Positions 38,172 to 47,866 of a DNA stretch of 64,000 bases are shown here, piece by piece. The translations under genes and the position numbers were made by a program. Positions within the stretch are counted from its first letter, which is position 1. Every line of letters begins with the position of its first letter. A model generated the notes under the pieces. It searched no databases. It was given only the letters and a program-made list of their open reading frames with translations, and had not been told where the DNA came from. Origin of the DNA: a virus. The stretch spans positions 1-64,000 of IMG/VR virus record IMGVR_UViG_3300027586_000004; one strand, given 5' to 3'.

Positions 38172-39550
38172 TGTCAAGGTTGATTTGCATATCAGGGAAT
38201 TCGGGCGTGGGAAAAACCACGATTGCACAAATATTCAGATATTTTTTGGGGAGCAAAAATTGTTTGGCAATAAGTGGGGACGATCTTCATAGGTGGGAAA
38301 GGGGGAATGAGGCTTGGAAGACCATCACGCACCTAAATCCAGAAGCAAATGATTTAGATTTGGGCTACAAGCATATTGTTGACCTGAAAAGGGGCAAGTC
38401 CATTACAAGGTCAATATACAATCACGATACGGGAAAATTTGACGACCCCTCTGTTTTTGATTCAAAGCCATGGATAATTTACGAAGGGCTTCATGCTCTT
38501 TACCATGAGCCGACACACAGAAAAGCTTTCATGAAAATATTCATAGATGCCGAGGAGGATTTGAAAAATGAATGGAAAATCAAAAGGGACACAATAAAAA
38601 GAAAATACAAAAAAGAAGAAGTTGTAAAGCAAATAGAAAGAAGGAAGGCTGACGAGCGATTTATATTTGAACAGAAAAAAAATGCGGATGTATTGATTAA
38701 ACTCGAAAAGTCAAAAGTTATAAATCTTCATTACAAGTGTACTGATCCTAATCACGAGCGAATTATGAAGTTCATTGTGGACTTTTATTACTCCATATTT
38801 GATTACCTTGACATTTCTTCTCGTTTGTCTATGGATTCAAATTTAATTCAATTCAAAGGAGGAAATATATCGGTAAAATCAAACGGAAAGATAATTGTAA
38901 AGACTTCGGGACAAAAAATTTCCGAGACAAATTTATCCAGCGGAATATCCATATGTGAAATAAGCAAGGGAAAATTCCAAAATGAAAAGCAGTACTCTGA
39001 ATACATTTCTAGAATAAATACTTCAGAAAAAAATCCATCTTTGGAAAGTGGATTTCACATAAAATTGAACAACAAGTATGTAATTCATACACATCCCATT
39101 CACTTGAATGCAATATTGTGCAGTAATGAATCAAGGGCGATAATAAAAGGAATGTTTAAAAACATGCCCTATCAGTTTGTTGAATACAAAACTCCTGGGG
39201 TTGATCTGTGCAATGCGATAGATCCAAATCCGCATGGAAATAATATTTTTTTCTTACAAAACCACGGACTCATAGTTGGATCTAACGACAAAAAAAGTGC
39301 AATGGAAATAACGACAAAAATAAACGAAAGGTGCAAGCGTTGGATCGGGGATCATGCCGAAAAATTCATAGACCTTCACAGAGCCAACAAGCGTCCTCTT
39401 TTTCCTGATGCCGTGATGTTCAAAGAAATGGAAGAGGTCAACAACATAATACTATATCTTATGGAGACTTCTTGTCTAACCCCAAATTTTCTTGATAAAA
39501 ATGAAATCAAACTAATAAAAATCTCTAGCCTAGAGAAGATCAGAAAATAA
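38171..39550 (+). CDS. Phosphoribulokinase/uridine kinase-like domain fused to a class II aldolase-like domain
   Basis: GNSGVGKT, DDLHRWER and EGLH; then GGNIS, PSLE..FH, HTHP and LQNHG. Confidence 0.85.
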   Translation: MSRLICISGNSGVGKTTIAQIFRYFLGSKNCLAISGDDLHRWERGNEAWKTITHLNPEANDLDLGYKHIVDLKRGKSITRSIYNHDTGKFDDPSVFDSKPWIIYEGLHALYHEPTHRKAFMKIFIDAEEDLKNEWKIKRDTIKRKYKKEEVVKQIERRKADERFIFEQKKNADVLIKLEKSKVINLHYKCTDPNHERIMKFIVDFYYSIFDYLDISSRLSMDSNLIQFKGGNISVKSNGKIIVKTSGQKISETNLSSGISICEISKGKFQNEKQYSEYISRINTSEKNPSLESGFHIKLNNKYVIHTHPIHLNAILCSNESRAIIKGMFKNMPYQFVEYKTPGVDLCNAIDPNPHGNNIFFLQNHGLIVGSNDKKSAMEITTKINERCKRWIGDHAEKFIDLHRANKRPLFPDAVMFKEMEEVNNIILYLMETSCLTPNFLDKNEIKLIKISSLEKIRK

Positions 39551-39991
39551 CCTCTTGCACTCTAATGGAAAATCAGAACATACGCCATAAAAACCATATT
39601 TGTCAAAGTCAATCAGCGATTCCTTCGACAGCAAAGGTATTACGAACTTGCTGTTCATTACTGTAAGATCGTGAGCCCATACATATCCGTTGCTTATCAA
39701 GACATAGGGGTCGGACTCGTGGAAGAAAAAAACCAAATCTGATCCTAGAATCCATTCCAGAGCCGTTCTCTCTTTCACATGAATCCAAAGATTATTTCTT
39801 CTTTCGCGAAGCCATTCTTTTGAAACGGGGTGGTCGGCAGTATCATGTCCTAGATGCGGGGTTCCACCTTTAATTCGCAGATCAATCTCCACATCAAACC
39901 CCATATCCAAAGCCTTTTGAATGTGTTCGGGCGAGTTTTCAAAAAAATTTTCGGGTCCGTTTATATTTCCTCTATGGGATATTATTTTCAT
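39530..39991 (-). CDS. Glycerophosphodiester phosphodiesterase-like protein
   Basis: ISHRGN, EN, DVEIDL, LGHD and GVCSD motifs. Confidence 0.8.
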   Translation of the reverse strand: MKIISHRGNINGPENFFENSPEHIQKALDMGFDVEIDLRIKGGTPHLGHDTADHPVSKEWLRERRNNLWIHVKERTALEWILGSDLVFFFHESDPYVLISNGYVWAHDLTVMNSKFVIPLLSKESLIDFDKYGFYGVCSDFPLECKRLFSDLL

Positions 39992-40286
39992 TGAAATCCT
40001 CAATTCTAAATGTCTTGTCGTCTATGAAAATGTCGTAATAGGGCTTATTGCACCAGACTTCATGACTTTTTACTCCCCATGACAAAAGTTGTGCCTTCGT
40101 GAACTCTGTCCAGTCTGTTCCCGTTCTACTTCCTCTTGCTGTCCAATATATAATTTTATGTCCCCGGTCATAAAGTTTGTTCATTTTATTGATGTTGTCC
40201 ATGATTGGAGCTGACTTGTGATAATCTCTAGGGTTGTCTGGAGTAACACAAATCGTTTCGTCTATGTCTACAAAAATTACTTTCAT
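39972..40286 (-). CDS. Minimal HAD-family phosphatase
   Basis: DIDETI, WTARG and KP...FIDDK motifs. Confidence 0.85.
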   Translation of the reverse strand: MKVIFVDIDETICVTPDNPRDYHKSAPIMDNINKMNKLYDRGHKIIYWTARGSRTGTDWTEFTKAQLLSWGVKSHEVWCNKPYYDIFIDDKTFRIEDFNENNIP

Positions 40287-41122
40287 TTGACTTTACCTGT
40301 TGCGTGGTAGGTTTTCCAATAGTTGTAACAGTTGGCCACATCTTCTGCATTTTTGATTTGGCCTCCTCTCAACAGATGGGACCAACTTTCAAAATTCTCA
40401 ACCTCTTCTGGGGTTCCAAAAACTGTCACAAATGGCGTGTCAAAATAACCAACTCTTAAACCATCTTGTATTAGCAAATTGTAAACTAATGTTACATAAC
40501 ATTCGCCATTATAATTTAAATCTTTCTCTAGAGCCAAATCAAAGTATTTTTTAAGTATCGCTCCGTTTTTGAAATGATATATTCCCGTTGATGCGTGCTC
40601 TTGGGTTGGTTTGTCGGTGTAGGACTGCTTTTCTTTGATCTCCATAATCAACGGATATTCATTGTGTTCCTTTACGAATGCCATTTTTGTGGAGGCAAGA
40701 GCGTGTGGATGGAATCCAGTGTGAGTAAGAATGCATCCGTCCATTTTGTGATTTTTCACATGTGATTGAAAATTTTGTCTATTCAATATGCATGGATTGT
40801 CACAATACGATACGACAACCTCTTCGTCATCTCCTATAAATTCATACGCACTTTTAACGGTATAGACTGGTCCTTTTTTGTGCTGTGGCATGGAAACGAT
40901 CTTTGAGTTTGGAACTAAATCCAAAAGAACATTTTTCACTTCTGTGTTTCTTACATGATTGTCGTTGCATATGAAAACAAAATCATCACTTGTTACGTCA
41001 AACATTTCAAGTATGTATTCTATTATTCTTTTTCCATTTACTCTTATAAGTGGCTTCGGATCTTTGTAGTTTTTTTCTACAAATCTGTTGCCTGTGCCGG
41101 CCATGGGTATGACAACTTTCAT
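40283..41122 (-). CDS. Sugar-phosphate nucleotidyltransferase
   Basis: IPMAGTGNRF...PKPLI, YCD, EK and FGTPEE motifs. Confidence 0.9.
   Translation of the reverse strand: MKVVIPMAGTGNRFVEKNYKDPKPLIRVNGKRIIEYILEMFDVTSDDFVFICNDNHVRNTEVKNVLLDLVPNSKIVSMPQHKKGPVYTVKSAYEFIGDDEEVVVSYCDNPCILNRQNFQSHVKNHKMDGCILTHTGFHPHALASTKMAFVKEHNEYPLIMEIKEKQSYTDKPTQEHASTGIYHFKNGAILKKYFDLALEKDLNYNGECYVTLVYNLLIQDGLRVGYFDTPFVTVFGTPEEVENFESWSHLLRGGQIKNAEDVANCYNYWKTYHATGKVK
40968..41064 (+). repeat. 97-bp direct repeat A, copy 1 (inside the nucleotidyltransferase gene)
   Basis: Matches 46977-47073 with one mismatch. Confidence 0.95.
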
Positions 41123-41225
41123 AAAAACTCCTTTTGCTCATTTGTCAAATTAGCAGAGTTCCAAACTGGGTTTAGCGTCTGTTGTTGTAGTTGTAGGTGT
41201 TGTTGTAGGTGTGGACGGGATTCCG

Positions 41226-41401
41226 ATAGTAATCCTTTACTTTTGTCTCTGTCAATATTTACGATCAAAAATTTTTATTTGATTTTGTTTTGGATAAATT
41301 GTCAAATCAAGTCAAGTCAACATGCCGACAATTGGAAGGTATCCATAGGTCTGTACGAGTTTTATGGCTTGGGCATATATACAATTCCTGGAGGTAGAGA
41401 T
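41226..41401 (+). repeat. ~175-bp direct repeat B, copy 1 (divergent promoter/RBS module)
   Basis: Highly similar to 47867-48047, with scattered substitutions and one small indel. Confidence 0.93.
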
Positions 41402-42554
41402 GCACAATCCTAGAATTATTTTTTCAATTCCAGCTCATGAGTGTTTTGAGTGTTTGGAAAAACAAATTGAAAATTTGATACTAAAAGTTCCCAATAGTTT
41501 TATTGTAATTTTTTTATCAGCCAACAACAATTTCCATCTAAATAAAAACTCCTTTTCTGGGTACGAGGATAAAGTTTTTTTAAATCCAGATTCAAAGCCT
41601 ACATTCTGGCCGGATTGTTATTATCAGCACTATTCCAATTATAAGTTCATAAAAGACAAATTAGATTTTGATTATTGGTGTTTTGAAGCTAGCAATTCTA
41701 TTTTAATAAAGGATGGTCTCAATGAATATTTGACTAAATATGACGCTTTGGCGAAGTCTGATAGGCTTTTTGGACCTACGCCGAATCAGACGAACTTCAG
41801 ATCAATTTTAAAAGCAGAGAATTGGAATAGTTGGTGGAATAGATTACCTAAAGATGAAAGATTCATGAAACTTGTAAAAGATAACAAGTTTGAAATGTAT
41901 AATGGCTTTACTGAAGGAATGGTTTTTAACAAACACATATTGTCAGAAATTTTTGATATTTTAGATTTTTATGAATGCAATGACTATAGAACTGACAATC
42001 CAAATTATTACCCTAGGGATGAGCTGTATTTTACTACTGTATTTTTCAGCAAATTTTCAGATTCAAAACATAACCACAATTATTGCAATGTAAATTTGAA
42101 TGTTGATAATATAGAATTTACGATGAAATCATTTGAAGGATTTTATGCGGTAAAGCCCTGTCCGAGGGATGTGGACTCTAAAATTCATCTAATGCTATAT
42201 GAAATGGCGGATGTTGGATTCGAAAAATACTTTTACAAGAAAAAAAACTATCAAATTGGTCAAAAAAAATTCTTTTTCACAAATGATTTTTTGGTAGGAA
42301 AAATATTTGAATACATGAACAAAAAAGAAAAACTAGGTGAAGTTAAATTTCTTCCGGGTGGAGAGATTGGTTTGTTTGATCGCAAAAATGAAACAAGATG
42401 GAAAATAGATGAACTTGGTGATTTGTATTTTTTGGACAACGATGGAGTGATAACGACTATATTCTATGCCAAAAAAGACCAGTTTTTTTATGGAGATTTT
42501 TGGCATAAAGGATTGAAAGAAGGTTACCAATGGCATATGTTGAAATCACATTGA
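41400..42554 (+). CDS. Glycosyltransferase-like protein
   Basis: IIFSIPAHE N-terminus, YPRDE.YF motif; GGAGG RBS; AT-rich. Confidence 0.55.
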   Translation: MHNPRIIFSIPAHECFECLEKQIENLILKVPNSFIVIFLSANNNFHLNKNSFSGYEDKVFLNPDSKPTFWPDCYYQHYSNYKFIKDKLDFDYWCFEASNSILIKDGLNEYLTKYDALAKSDRLFGPTPNQTNFRSILKAENWNSWWNRLPKDERFMKLVKDNKFEMYNGFTEGMVFNKHILSEIFDILDFYECNDYRTDNPNYYPRDELYFTTVFFSKFSDSKHNHNYCNVNLNVDNIEFTMKSFEGFYAVKPCPRDVDSKIHLMLYEMADVGFEKYFYKKKNYQIGQKKFFFTNDFLVGKIFEYMNKKEKLGEVKFLPGGEIGLFDRKNETRWKIDELGDLYFLDNDGVITTIFYAKKDQFFYGDFWHKGLKEGYQWHMLKSH

Positions 42555-42633
42555 AATTTATCAAACATGCCCCGTCCTGACAGGTTCGAGCGCGATATAT
42601 ATCTTTCTTAAATTTTGACACTTTTATATAATT

Positions 42634-43695
42634 ATGATCAACTTTACATTTTGTGTTCTAGCTTGTGCCAAAAACGAAAAATACGCAAATAGATTAAAAG
42701 ATTTTATAGACTCATATGGCTATAAAAATCTAAATAAGGAAATAAAAATAAAATTTGTTTACCTGGTGGAGGACGAAGATAAGCCATCTTTCATGAGCGA
42801 CGAATCAGTGTGGTTTAAGTGTGCTGGGATGCCGATGAGCTGCAGGTTTTTGAAATATATCAAAGAAGTAAACGACGACTCCGAATGGGTTATGCAAGTA
42901 GATGATGATTCTAGTACCGACATAGACAAAACTGTTGAATTTTTGAATCAATACTACAACCATCAAGATTCAATGATGTTGATGGGAGGAAGAAACACAG
43001 ATTTAGAACGTGTTCAACAAGCAATTGTCAGAACTATGAATGTTGGCAACTTCTTTTTTGGATCTAACGACATTTCAAAATTTGATACCCATCCGTTTTT
43101 TGTTCACGCATGGGAGCCGACAATAATATCAAAAGCCGCGGTCAAGGTTATTAAGCAGTGGTCAAGACTGAACGAGTATTTTGATTTGTGTTTGAAAAAC
43201 AGACCTACATTCGGAGACCAAACGCCTTATGTTGCCGCAAAACTAGCAAAAGTTCCGATTGTAGAGTGCTCCTTCATGTCGCCTTTTAACAAACACATGG
43301 AATACAGCGCAATTAATTCAGGCGGTAGGTACTCACACATACATTATGTTACTGACAAGTGGAGTGGGTATAGTGACTTCAAGAATAAAATGATACGAGT
43401 TAAAAGAGGAGAGATACTAGATAAACCGCAACCTGCAAAAGAAGATTTGTGGCAATTTTTTGGTGGTACAAAAGGAAAGGAATCTTTTTATGGAAATTTT
43501 AAGTTAAACGATGATGGAACTTTAGGAATTTACAACAATGATAACGAGTTTTTCTGGGAGCGGGATGGCGATAAGATAGTTTTTCTAAACACAAGAAAAG
43601 AAAAAACATGTATTTTGAGCAAAATAAATGAAAATGAATATTCAGGAGAGTTTTTGCTAAATAAGAGTGTAAATCACAAGATAATAAAAACATGA
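42634..43695 (+). CDS. Glycosyltransferase-like protein (Fringe/GT31-like)
   Basis: WVMQVDDDS motif, IISKAA and GD motifs. Confidence 0.6.
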   Translation: MINFTFCVLACAKNEKYANRLKDFIDSYGYKNLNKEIKIKFVYLVEDEDKPSFMSDESVWFKCAGMPMSCRFLKYIKEVNDDSEWVMQVDDDSSTDIDKTVEFLNQYYNHQDSMMLMGGRNTDLERVQQAIVRTMNVGNFFFGSNDISKFDTHPFFVHAWEPTIISKAAVKVIKQWSRLNEYFDLCLKNRPTFGDQTPYVAAKLAKVPIVECSFMSPFNKHMEYSAINSGGRYSHIHYVTDKWSGYSDFKNKMIRVKRGEILDKPQPAKEDLWQFFGGTKGKESFYGNFKLNDDGTLGIYNNDNEFFWERDGDKIVFLNTRKEKTCILSKINENEYSGEFLLNKSVNHKIIKT

Positions 43696-44804
43696 GACTA
43701 TTTGAAACAATGCCAGGACTTGCATACTCTGCGGTTGATGTCAGATGCTTATCTCATGATGGGTGCATTGTGGATTTAGGTTGTCTTTTTTGGGATTGGT
43801 CTAGATTCTTTATTGGCAAAAAAAGGGTAATAGGAGTTGATCCATATGAAAAAGAGATAGAAGGAACAGAATTGTACAAAGGAATTGTTTGCGATGAAAC
43901 TAATAAAGTTAGCATGTCAAATAACGGCGTTTCTTCAAGCGTTTTTAATGGAGGCGATGATTTAGTTAATGCTTTAAGTTGGTCAGATTTTTGTAAAAAA
44001 TTCAATGTAGAAAAAATATCAGTATTGAAAATAAATATTGAAGGTTCTGAATATAGATTGTTGCGGGCAATGAGTCAAGAAGATTTTGAAAAAATAGATC
44101 AGATAGCAGTAAGTTTTCATGATTGGATGAATCCGTCTTGGCGAAAAGATACTTTGGAATGCCTAAAAATTTTGGAAAAAAACGATTTTTCATTCGTAAA
44201 AATACATGAGCCTTATGGTTGGTATTTGGCAATAAAGAATAAGGAAATGAACGTGGACATAATTTTGGAAGCGTTGAAAAACAATTGGTTGTTTCGTAGA
44301 AAAATTCAAATCAAACATCCTGATATGTCAGGGGAACTCTATAGGCATTTCATGGGATTTTCCTGCGACTTGTCTGCCATTAAAAAATTGATTGACGAAA
44401 ATCAATATGAAATTCAAGAATTGTACACAGATTGTTGTTTGTCAATTCTTGTTGGAAAATGGAATCCTGAACGAATAGCAGAAAATAAAATATCTGATAA
44501 TAGGTCTGAATTACTTTACGAAATAGATTCAGACGCATCGGTCAATGTTGCAAAAATATTTTTCAAACATGCTTCTGGTGGCCATAGGCTTGACGTCTAT
44601 CGAGTCGCAATTGAACATGAAGGCAAGGTCATATCCGAAGATGAACACCACGGATACGCGGGTTTAGGAGAAGACAAAAATTATTACAAAGTTGATTTTA
44701 AAGGCTTAAAAAATGTTACTTGTAGAGTTTGTTGCAACGCAATTATAGATGGAAATAAATTAGATGGATTTGGAAACATTTATTTTGCCAAATGGAGCAA
44801 TTAA
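43692..44804 (+). CDS. FkbM-like SAM methyltransferase with C-terminal extension
   Basis: VDLG, GVDP, LKINIEGSEY and QIAVSFH motifs. Confidence 0.75.
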   Translation: MRLFETMPGLAYSAVDVRCLSHDGCIVDLGCLFWDWSRFFIGKKRVIGVDPYEKEIEGTELYKGIVCDETNKVSMSNNGVSSSVFNGGDDLVNALSWSDFCKKFNVEKISVLKINIEGSEYRLLRAMSQEDFEKIDQIAVSFHDWMNPSWRKDTLECLKILEKNDFSFVKIHEPYGWYLAIKNKEMNVDIILEALKNNWLFRRKIQIKHPDMSGELYRHFMGFSCDLSAIKKLIDENQYEIQELYTDCCLSILVGKWNPERIAENKISDNRSELLYEIDSDASVNVAKIFFKHASGGHRLDVYRVAIEHEGKVISEDEHHGYAGLGEDKNYYKVDFKGLKNVTCRVCCNAIIDGNKLDGFGNIYFAKWSN

Positions 44805-45484
44805 TGATAATACATCAAATTTGGCTAGGTGATGCTGATAGAATTTTAAATCGCGACAAAATACTTATTGAGCAAAACAAAATATTTTGTGATCATTATT
44901 CGCATCATTACATATTTTGGTCTTATGACAAAATAGAGAAAGAACTTCTTCCCAATTTGATTTCAAATGAAAACATTGCCTTGTTGAGAAAGAAGTACTC
45001 AGAAATAAAAAGAAAAAAGTGCTACTCTGCATTTGTAGACATATTTAAAATAGCTGTGGTGTATTTTTATGGAGGAATGTATATTGATACAGATTATGAA
45101 ATCATCACTAATGACTTCGCTAAAGATGTTCAACAAAGATGCGGACTTGACAAAATAGGAATAGTTCAGCATTATAATTGGGGCATCTATGCGGCAGGCT
45201 TGTACTACGCAGAATCAACTTTTCAAAATGAACACGTTAAAAACTTCATATATGGTTTGTTTGATTATTTCTTGTCATTGAAAGATATTAATGATGTGAA
45301 TGTCGCGCTCACGGGTCCCGAGGGGATCAACAAAGTCATAAAAACGCATGAAGTGCCTCATGTTTCTCTTGGGAAAAAATACATGTCAATGCCCTATGGT
45401 GCGAATCCTGAAGACGACGGTTCTTGGATGGTTCCTTATAAAGACGCTTATCTCGTCCATTACTGGTCGGCCAGTTGGCATTAA
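44804..45484 (+). CDS. Glycosyltransferase, GT32 (DXD sugar-binding) family
   Basis: IHQIWLG, D..K....Y.YGGMYIDTD, TGP and HYWSASW motifs. Confidence 0.85.
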   Translation: MIIHQIWLGDADRILNRDKILIEQNKIFCDHYSHHYIFWSYDKIEKELLPNLISNENIALLRKKYSEIKRKKCYSAFVDIFKIAVVYFYGGMYIDTDYEIITNDFAKDVQQRCGLDKIGIVQHYNWGIYAAGLYYAESTFQNEHVKNFIYGLFDYFLSLKDINDVNVALTGPEGINKVIKTHEVPHVSLGKKYMSMPYGANPEDDGSWMVPYKDAYLVHYWSASWH

Positions 45485-45523
45485 AAAGAACAATTGAAAT
45501 ACTTTGTTCATGGCATAGCCGAA

Positions 45524-45552
45524 TTGCAAAAATGGAAAATTTTGGCTAAGAT
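45524..45552 (+). promoter_or_regulatory. Sigma70-like promoter, leaderless for uvsW
   Basis: TTGCAA-N17-TAAGAT, 6 nt before ATG 45559; no SD. Confidence 0.55.
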
Positions 45553-45558
45553 AAGACA

Positions 45559-46968
45559 ATGAAAGAAACCGTCCTCCGCATACAAAACTGCTACTCCTGG
45601 CTCTACTGCGAGAAGCCCGAGGTCTTGAGCGTTCTCCACGAGAACATGCGGTTCAGGGAGAGGGGCTACTTCCACAGCCGGCTCTACAAGCAGAAACTAT
45701 GGGACGGGTACACGGAGTTCTTCAGCAAGAAGACGGGCAGGTTTCTCACGGGACTGCTCCCCGAGGTCAAGGCGGCCCTCGCCCACATCGGCGAGGAGTT
45801 CAGGGTTCTTGATGAGCGGGACGCGTTTGAATTCAAGTTCAATGAAATAGATGAGGAATTCCTCGGCAAGGACATAAAACTCTACGACTACCAGGTTGAC
45901 TTGACCAACGCATTGATCAAATACAGGAGGGGCGTGATATGCGCGCCCACGGCGGCAGGGAAGACGGCCGTGATGGTCTCCATCATCAAGGCTCTCCCCG
46001 AGGGATGTCCCACACTCGTGCTTGCGAACAAGAAAAGCCTCGTGGAGCAGAACTACGATGAGATCGTCAAGTGGGGGTTTCAGAATGTCGGAAGACTCTA
46101 CGGAAAGTACAACGATCCCGGAGTAATAACCTGTGCAACAGTGCAGTCCCTACATAAGATGGAGACTCTGCTTGACAAGGTGAAGGTTCTTATCGTGGAT
46201 GAGATACACGAGAACATGAGCAAGGAGCCGAAGAAGTACTTCAACAAAATGAAGAGCTGCTGCGTCAGGGCCGCGGTCAGCGCGACACCCTTCAAATTCG
46301 GCGGAAAAGACCTGTGCCAGAAATGGCTGGTAAAGGGCTACTTCGGGCCGGCCTTCAAGTCGAAGAGTGCCGGAGGCGTGCTGACGACGAGCCATCTCCA
46401 AGAGCGGGGCATGCTGTCCAAGAGCAGGTGCGTTTTCTACCCGGTGAGGGAGCCGGATCTGAAGTACGAGATATACATTGATGCCGTGACCCGTGGAATA
46501 GCGGAGAACTGGCACTTTCATGAAATGATAAAGAACCTTGCCGACAGGCTGGAGGGGAGGACTCTGATCCTTGTGGAACGCATAGCCCAGGGCGACTCCC
46601 TCGCCTCGCTCATTCCCGGCTCCCTGTGGGTTCAGGGCAAGGATGACCTGGCGACCAGAAAGATGGTCATAGACAAGCTCAAGACCTCAAAGGAGAAGGT
46701 TATCGCGATAGGAACACAGCAAATAATGACCGCCGGAATCAATGTCATGACCCACAACGTGGTCAATGCGGCGGGCGGCCAGGCCGACCATCACATCATC
46801 CAGAGGGTGGGAAGAGGACTCAGGACGGCCGATGACAAGGATATTCTTAACTACTACGACTTCGTATTCCACAACAACGACTATCTCCTGGAACACAGCA
46901 AGAAGAGGATCAAGATTCTAAAAAAAGAGGGTCATGAAATAGTGATTCGCGAAGAGATAGACTTCTGA
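45559..46968 (+). CDS. uvsW: SF2 DNA helicase, UvsW-like
   Basis: WDG, PTAAGKT, DEIH, SATP and QRVGRGLR motifs. Confidence 0.9.
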   Translation: MKETVLRIQNCYSWLYCEKPEVLSVLHENMRFRERGYFHSRLYKQKLWDGYTEFFSKKTGRFLTGLLPEVKAALAHIGEEFRVLDERDAFEFKFNEIDEEFLGKDIKLYDYQVDLTNALIKYRRGVICAPTAAGKTAVMVSIIKALPEGCPTLVLANKKSLVEQNYDEIVKWGFQNVGRLYGKYNDPGVITCATVQSLHKMETLLDKVKVLIVDEIHENMSKEPKKYFNKMKSCCVRAAVSATPFKFGGKDLCQKWLVKGYFGPAFKSKSAGGVLTTSHLQERGMLSKSRCVFYPVREPDLKYEIYIDAVTRGIAENWHFHEMIKNLADRLEGRTLILVERIAQGDSLASLIPGSLWVQGKDDLATRKMVIDKLKTSKEKVIAIGTQQIMTAGINVMTHNVVNAAGGQADHHIIQRVGRGLRTADDKDILNYYDFVFHNNDYLLEHSKKRIKILKKEGHEIVIREEIDF

Positions 46969-46976
46969 TCGCGGCT

Positions 46977-47073
46977 CATATGAAAACAAAATCATCACTT
47001 GTTACGTCAAACATTTCAAGTATGTATTCTATTATTCTTTTTCCATTTGCTCTTATAAGTGGCTTCGGATCTT
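46977..47073 (+). repeat. 97-bp direct repeat A, copy 2 (orphan nucleotidyltransferase fragment)
   Basis: Matches 40968-41064 with one mismatch; no start or stop context. Confidence 0.95.
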
Positions 47074-47079
47074 ATATAA

Positions 47080-47799
47080 TCATATTTCATTAATCCAATT
47101 CTTTCTAGTAGCAACTCCAATACCCAAATAAGATCCATTTACACTATCATATTGATCAGTAAACTCGTAAAAATCATGAGTATCCACATAACATTCTTTT
47201 ACTTCGTTCCACCATTGTGTTACTCCAGGACAAGCATCACTTAAAATATCATGAAAAACTTGTATGTTACATTTATCTTTTGTTATTATTGAATCATTTT
47301 TAACTCCATCATAACTATGATCTCCATCAATAAAAATTAAATCAAAAAAATTACTTTCAATATATTTTTTAAATTCACTTGATGAAGAATTTATTTTTTT
47401 AAAAGAAGCATTATCATTAAATTCTACATATTCTTGCAATAGATTACATGAATCAATAATGTCTACAGAAACAGATTCACTAAAGTTAAAATTTAATCTA
47501 TTAAGATATTCTGTGGTTAATATAAAAGTACCACCAAATCTACATCCAATTTCCAAATAAGAATTTATTTTTTTAGATGACAAGTATTTTAAATATTTTG
47601 AAAATTGATTTGGATATTGCCAGATACGTAAACCAAATCCTTTACCATAATAATCATATAATTCTTTAGGTTGTTCAGATAAAAGTTCATTATTCAACCC
47701 AAATTTTAAGATTAATTCATTTTCTATAAATGATTCATCTTTGAGTTTTTTTATAGTTATTTTTTCAAAATAACTCCTAACTTCATTAAATATTACCAT
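47080..47799 (-). CDS. Class I SAM-dependent methyltransferase (Methyltransf_24-like)
   Basis: YLEIGCRFGGT, FIDGDHSY and FHDI motifs; extremely AT-rich. Confidence 0.85.
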   Translation of the reverse strand: MVIFNEVRSYFEKITIKKLKDESFIENELILKFGLNNELLSEQPKELYDYYGKGFGLRIWQYPNQFSKYLKYLSSKKINSYLEIGCRFGGTFILTTEYLNRLNFNFSESVSVDIIDSCNLLQEYVEFNDNASFKKINSSSSEFKKYIESNFFDLIFIDGDHSYDGVKNDSIITKDKCNIQVFHDILSDACPGVTQWWNEVKECYVDTHDFYEFTDQYDSVNGSYLGIGVATRKNWINEI

Positions 47800-47866
47800 T
47801 TAAAATCTCCACCATATTCTGAACTTCTTTCAAAAATATTCGCCAAAATAAACCAAAATAAATTTC

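Noticed and set aside
38171-39550. Phosphoribulokinase as a carbon-fixation auxiliary gene
   Set aside because: It is fused to an aldolase-like domain and embedded in a glycan cluster, with no other Calvin-cycle genes.
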